In this document: positions 62,001 to 64,000 of the stretch, in pieces | Layout of the letters: the number at the start of each line of letters is the position of its first letter | Position numbering within the stretch: the first letter of the stretch is position 1 | Source: Camelus dromedarius | Taxonomy: Eukaryota | Length of the DNA stretch: 64,000 nucleotides | Assembly: GCF_036321535.1 (NCBI RefSeq) | Contig: NC_087437.1 | Location: 3,844,001-3,908,000, forward strand | Direction: 5' to 3' | Position numbers and translations under genes: made by a program | The notes under the pieces: generated by a model | The model's input: the letters and a program-made list of their open reading frames with translations, nothing else | Told to the model about the DNA's origin: nothing | Database searches by the model: none

Positions 62001-64000
62001 GTGGCCATCGTCCCTAGACACTTCTCCTGTCCTTATCAGAGGTTAACTCTCGGGCCCAAGAGCAAAGCTCTGAAGGTCCCAGAGGTGAAACACTAGTAGC
62101 AAAGCATGTAGGTGCAGAGCCTGGGCACACAGAGCTGTAAGAGTGACCCGAGGGTTCCTGTTAGGGTGCCAGCAAGGCCCGTTACAGATGGGGGTACATG
62201 CTCTCTAGTTGCCAAAGTCCAGTGCTTGTCCTTGGCCAGCTGCAGCTCCGAGGTGCCTATAACTAGAGGGGCTTGGTCACAGCACTGGGGGTGGAAGTGG
62301 GGAGCCGGGGCCAGGGGCCCTGACTGCGCGCTGTGCCTACTGAGTCCTGCCGACAAAACGGGAAAGCATCAGGTGCTCATGTCTGAGAGTGGAGAATGCA
62401 ATGGCGCTGACGGGAGTTGGTATTAAGTCTTCTCTTCCCGGGACCCACCCTTGTCTGCACCAACGTATTTGGTGCTTCGTTGATTCGACCTGGCCCCTAG
62501 AGGCATTTCAGTTTGGTGACCACATAACTTGTGTAATGGAGGGTTAATGGGATCATGCAATGGCAAGTCTAAAAAGACTTAGAGTTTTGGATCCATCCCT
62601 TACTTTGCAGATTGCGAAAGGAGGCTCCAAGAAGTTGAGACCTTCCTAAGGTCTCCGAGCTGGTCGAGGGAGAGACTGTCTCCCACGTGGGGTCACTAGG
62701 TCTGGAGAGCGGCTCCATCCAGCGCCTCCACATGTGGTTCACAGGCCCACTCCATCGGGAGACTGAGGCGGATGAGCTCATTACACGGCAGAGTGCAGTA
62801 TAAACGTTTAAGTGTAGTTATAACCTCGAGAAATATCTTGTCCAGTTGAAACTGATGAGTTTTGAGGGGCAGCAGCCACAGGTCATTACACAGCAAGTGG
62901 AGGGCGTTAAACCTCCCTCTCTTGATGACACCTTTCTAACGTCTCCTAAATGTGTTCTGTATCCTTAACGTTTCCCGCAAACTCATCCGTAAAGGTCTCA
63001 CCTGATTTCAGTCCACTGGAGCTGATGACTGAGGCAGCTTCGAAATTGGCTTATACGTCACATTTTAAAGCTGTAAGTGATCCCACAGTTGTAGCCTTCT
63101 GAACTATTCCAAGTATTAGTTTGTTGAGGATACGTCCCTAGAAATGCGGAAATGCCAATTCAATGAGATAATGCCCCAAATAATACTTAGCACTGTGCTT
63201 GGCATAAAAAAGCAGCCAATAAAAATTTTTAGGCAACAGCAAAAAAGAAAGGACTATGGACCTTCTGATTTAGGTTGAAGGAGTATCTTGAGATGTTGCT
63301 CATTTTAAGATTTTTTTTTACTGTCTATGTGGAGAGGAGGGAAGTCAGCTGCCGATTGAGACAGTTCTCAGGAGGAGATCCAGGGCGGTCAGGCTGGCTG
63401 GTGGACATCCTTAGAATCTGAGCCCAGGACGAAGGAGACTGGTGATGATCTAGAAGACAAATCCATGAGCTGAAATATGTGGGTCCGGTTTGCCTGATGG
63501 GCCTGACCTGGAGGTTGGATTGCAGGTGAGGTTAGGCAAAGCAAGGCAGAGTAGAGATTGGAAGTGAAGCCTCGGGACGCTCGGTCCCAGCTGTTCTGTG
63601 GCGTGAGTGACTGTCCTGCTCTAGGAGGAGGACTGAAAGCAAAGCAGCAGGCTCTGGCCTGAAGGACTAAGGCTCACACATTTTGACGGCTTGAAAGTCC
63701 AGTGCTGCCTGTGAACCCCCAGGTTGTTCGAGGGAGCCAACAATTAGCTTGGCGCCCAGAGCACTGTTGTTCATCCCTCTTCATGGCTGACATCTGATGG
63801 AGTCATTTGATTCACATCAAACTCTGTGACCATTGATGCTGGGTACAATTTATTTGGCTCTTAAACAATACCAGTGCACCCCAGATGGCTGGTGTCCCTC
63901 CCCGCCCCTTCCAGAAGGAGGGGTCATGTTAGCTACAGGGATAAGCAGAAGGTGCCACGTCACCAGAGCTGCCCCCAGCAGCCTGGGTCTTCCCTGCTGT

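Overview
Mammalian, repeat-rich, apparently non-genic DNA. The tRNA-derived SINEs and the L1 3' UTR type suggest a camelid or other cetartiodactyl, but this is inferred, not proven. No intact protein-coding gene, RNA gene or CRISPR array can be supported. The clearest features are: (1) a processed RPL12 pseudogene (- strand, ~8.18-8.82 kb) with poly(A) tail and target-site duplication (TSD); (2) two relatively young, truncated L1 copies of one subfamily, one with a twin-priming 5' inversion (34.36-36.34 kb) and one 2.9 kb copy carrying a disabled RT (51.44-54.35 kb); (3) many ERV1-type solo LTRs with 4-bp TSDs, including a nested pile-up at 36.7-48.7 kb. That pile-up contains a degenerate provirus with an Arg-tRNA-like primer-binding site, three tail-less L1 ORF2 fragments inside it, and an inverted pair of same-family LTRs 282 bp apart. 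Also present are a possible orphan 3'-UTR retrocopy (~9.65-10.22 kb) and several repeat-poor islands with splice or transcription-factor-like signals. Repeat family names are from memory of consensus sequences and need RepeatMasker/Dfam confirmation. I found no solid evidence for a new biological system; the findings are mostly about retroelement mechanics.
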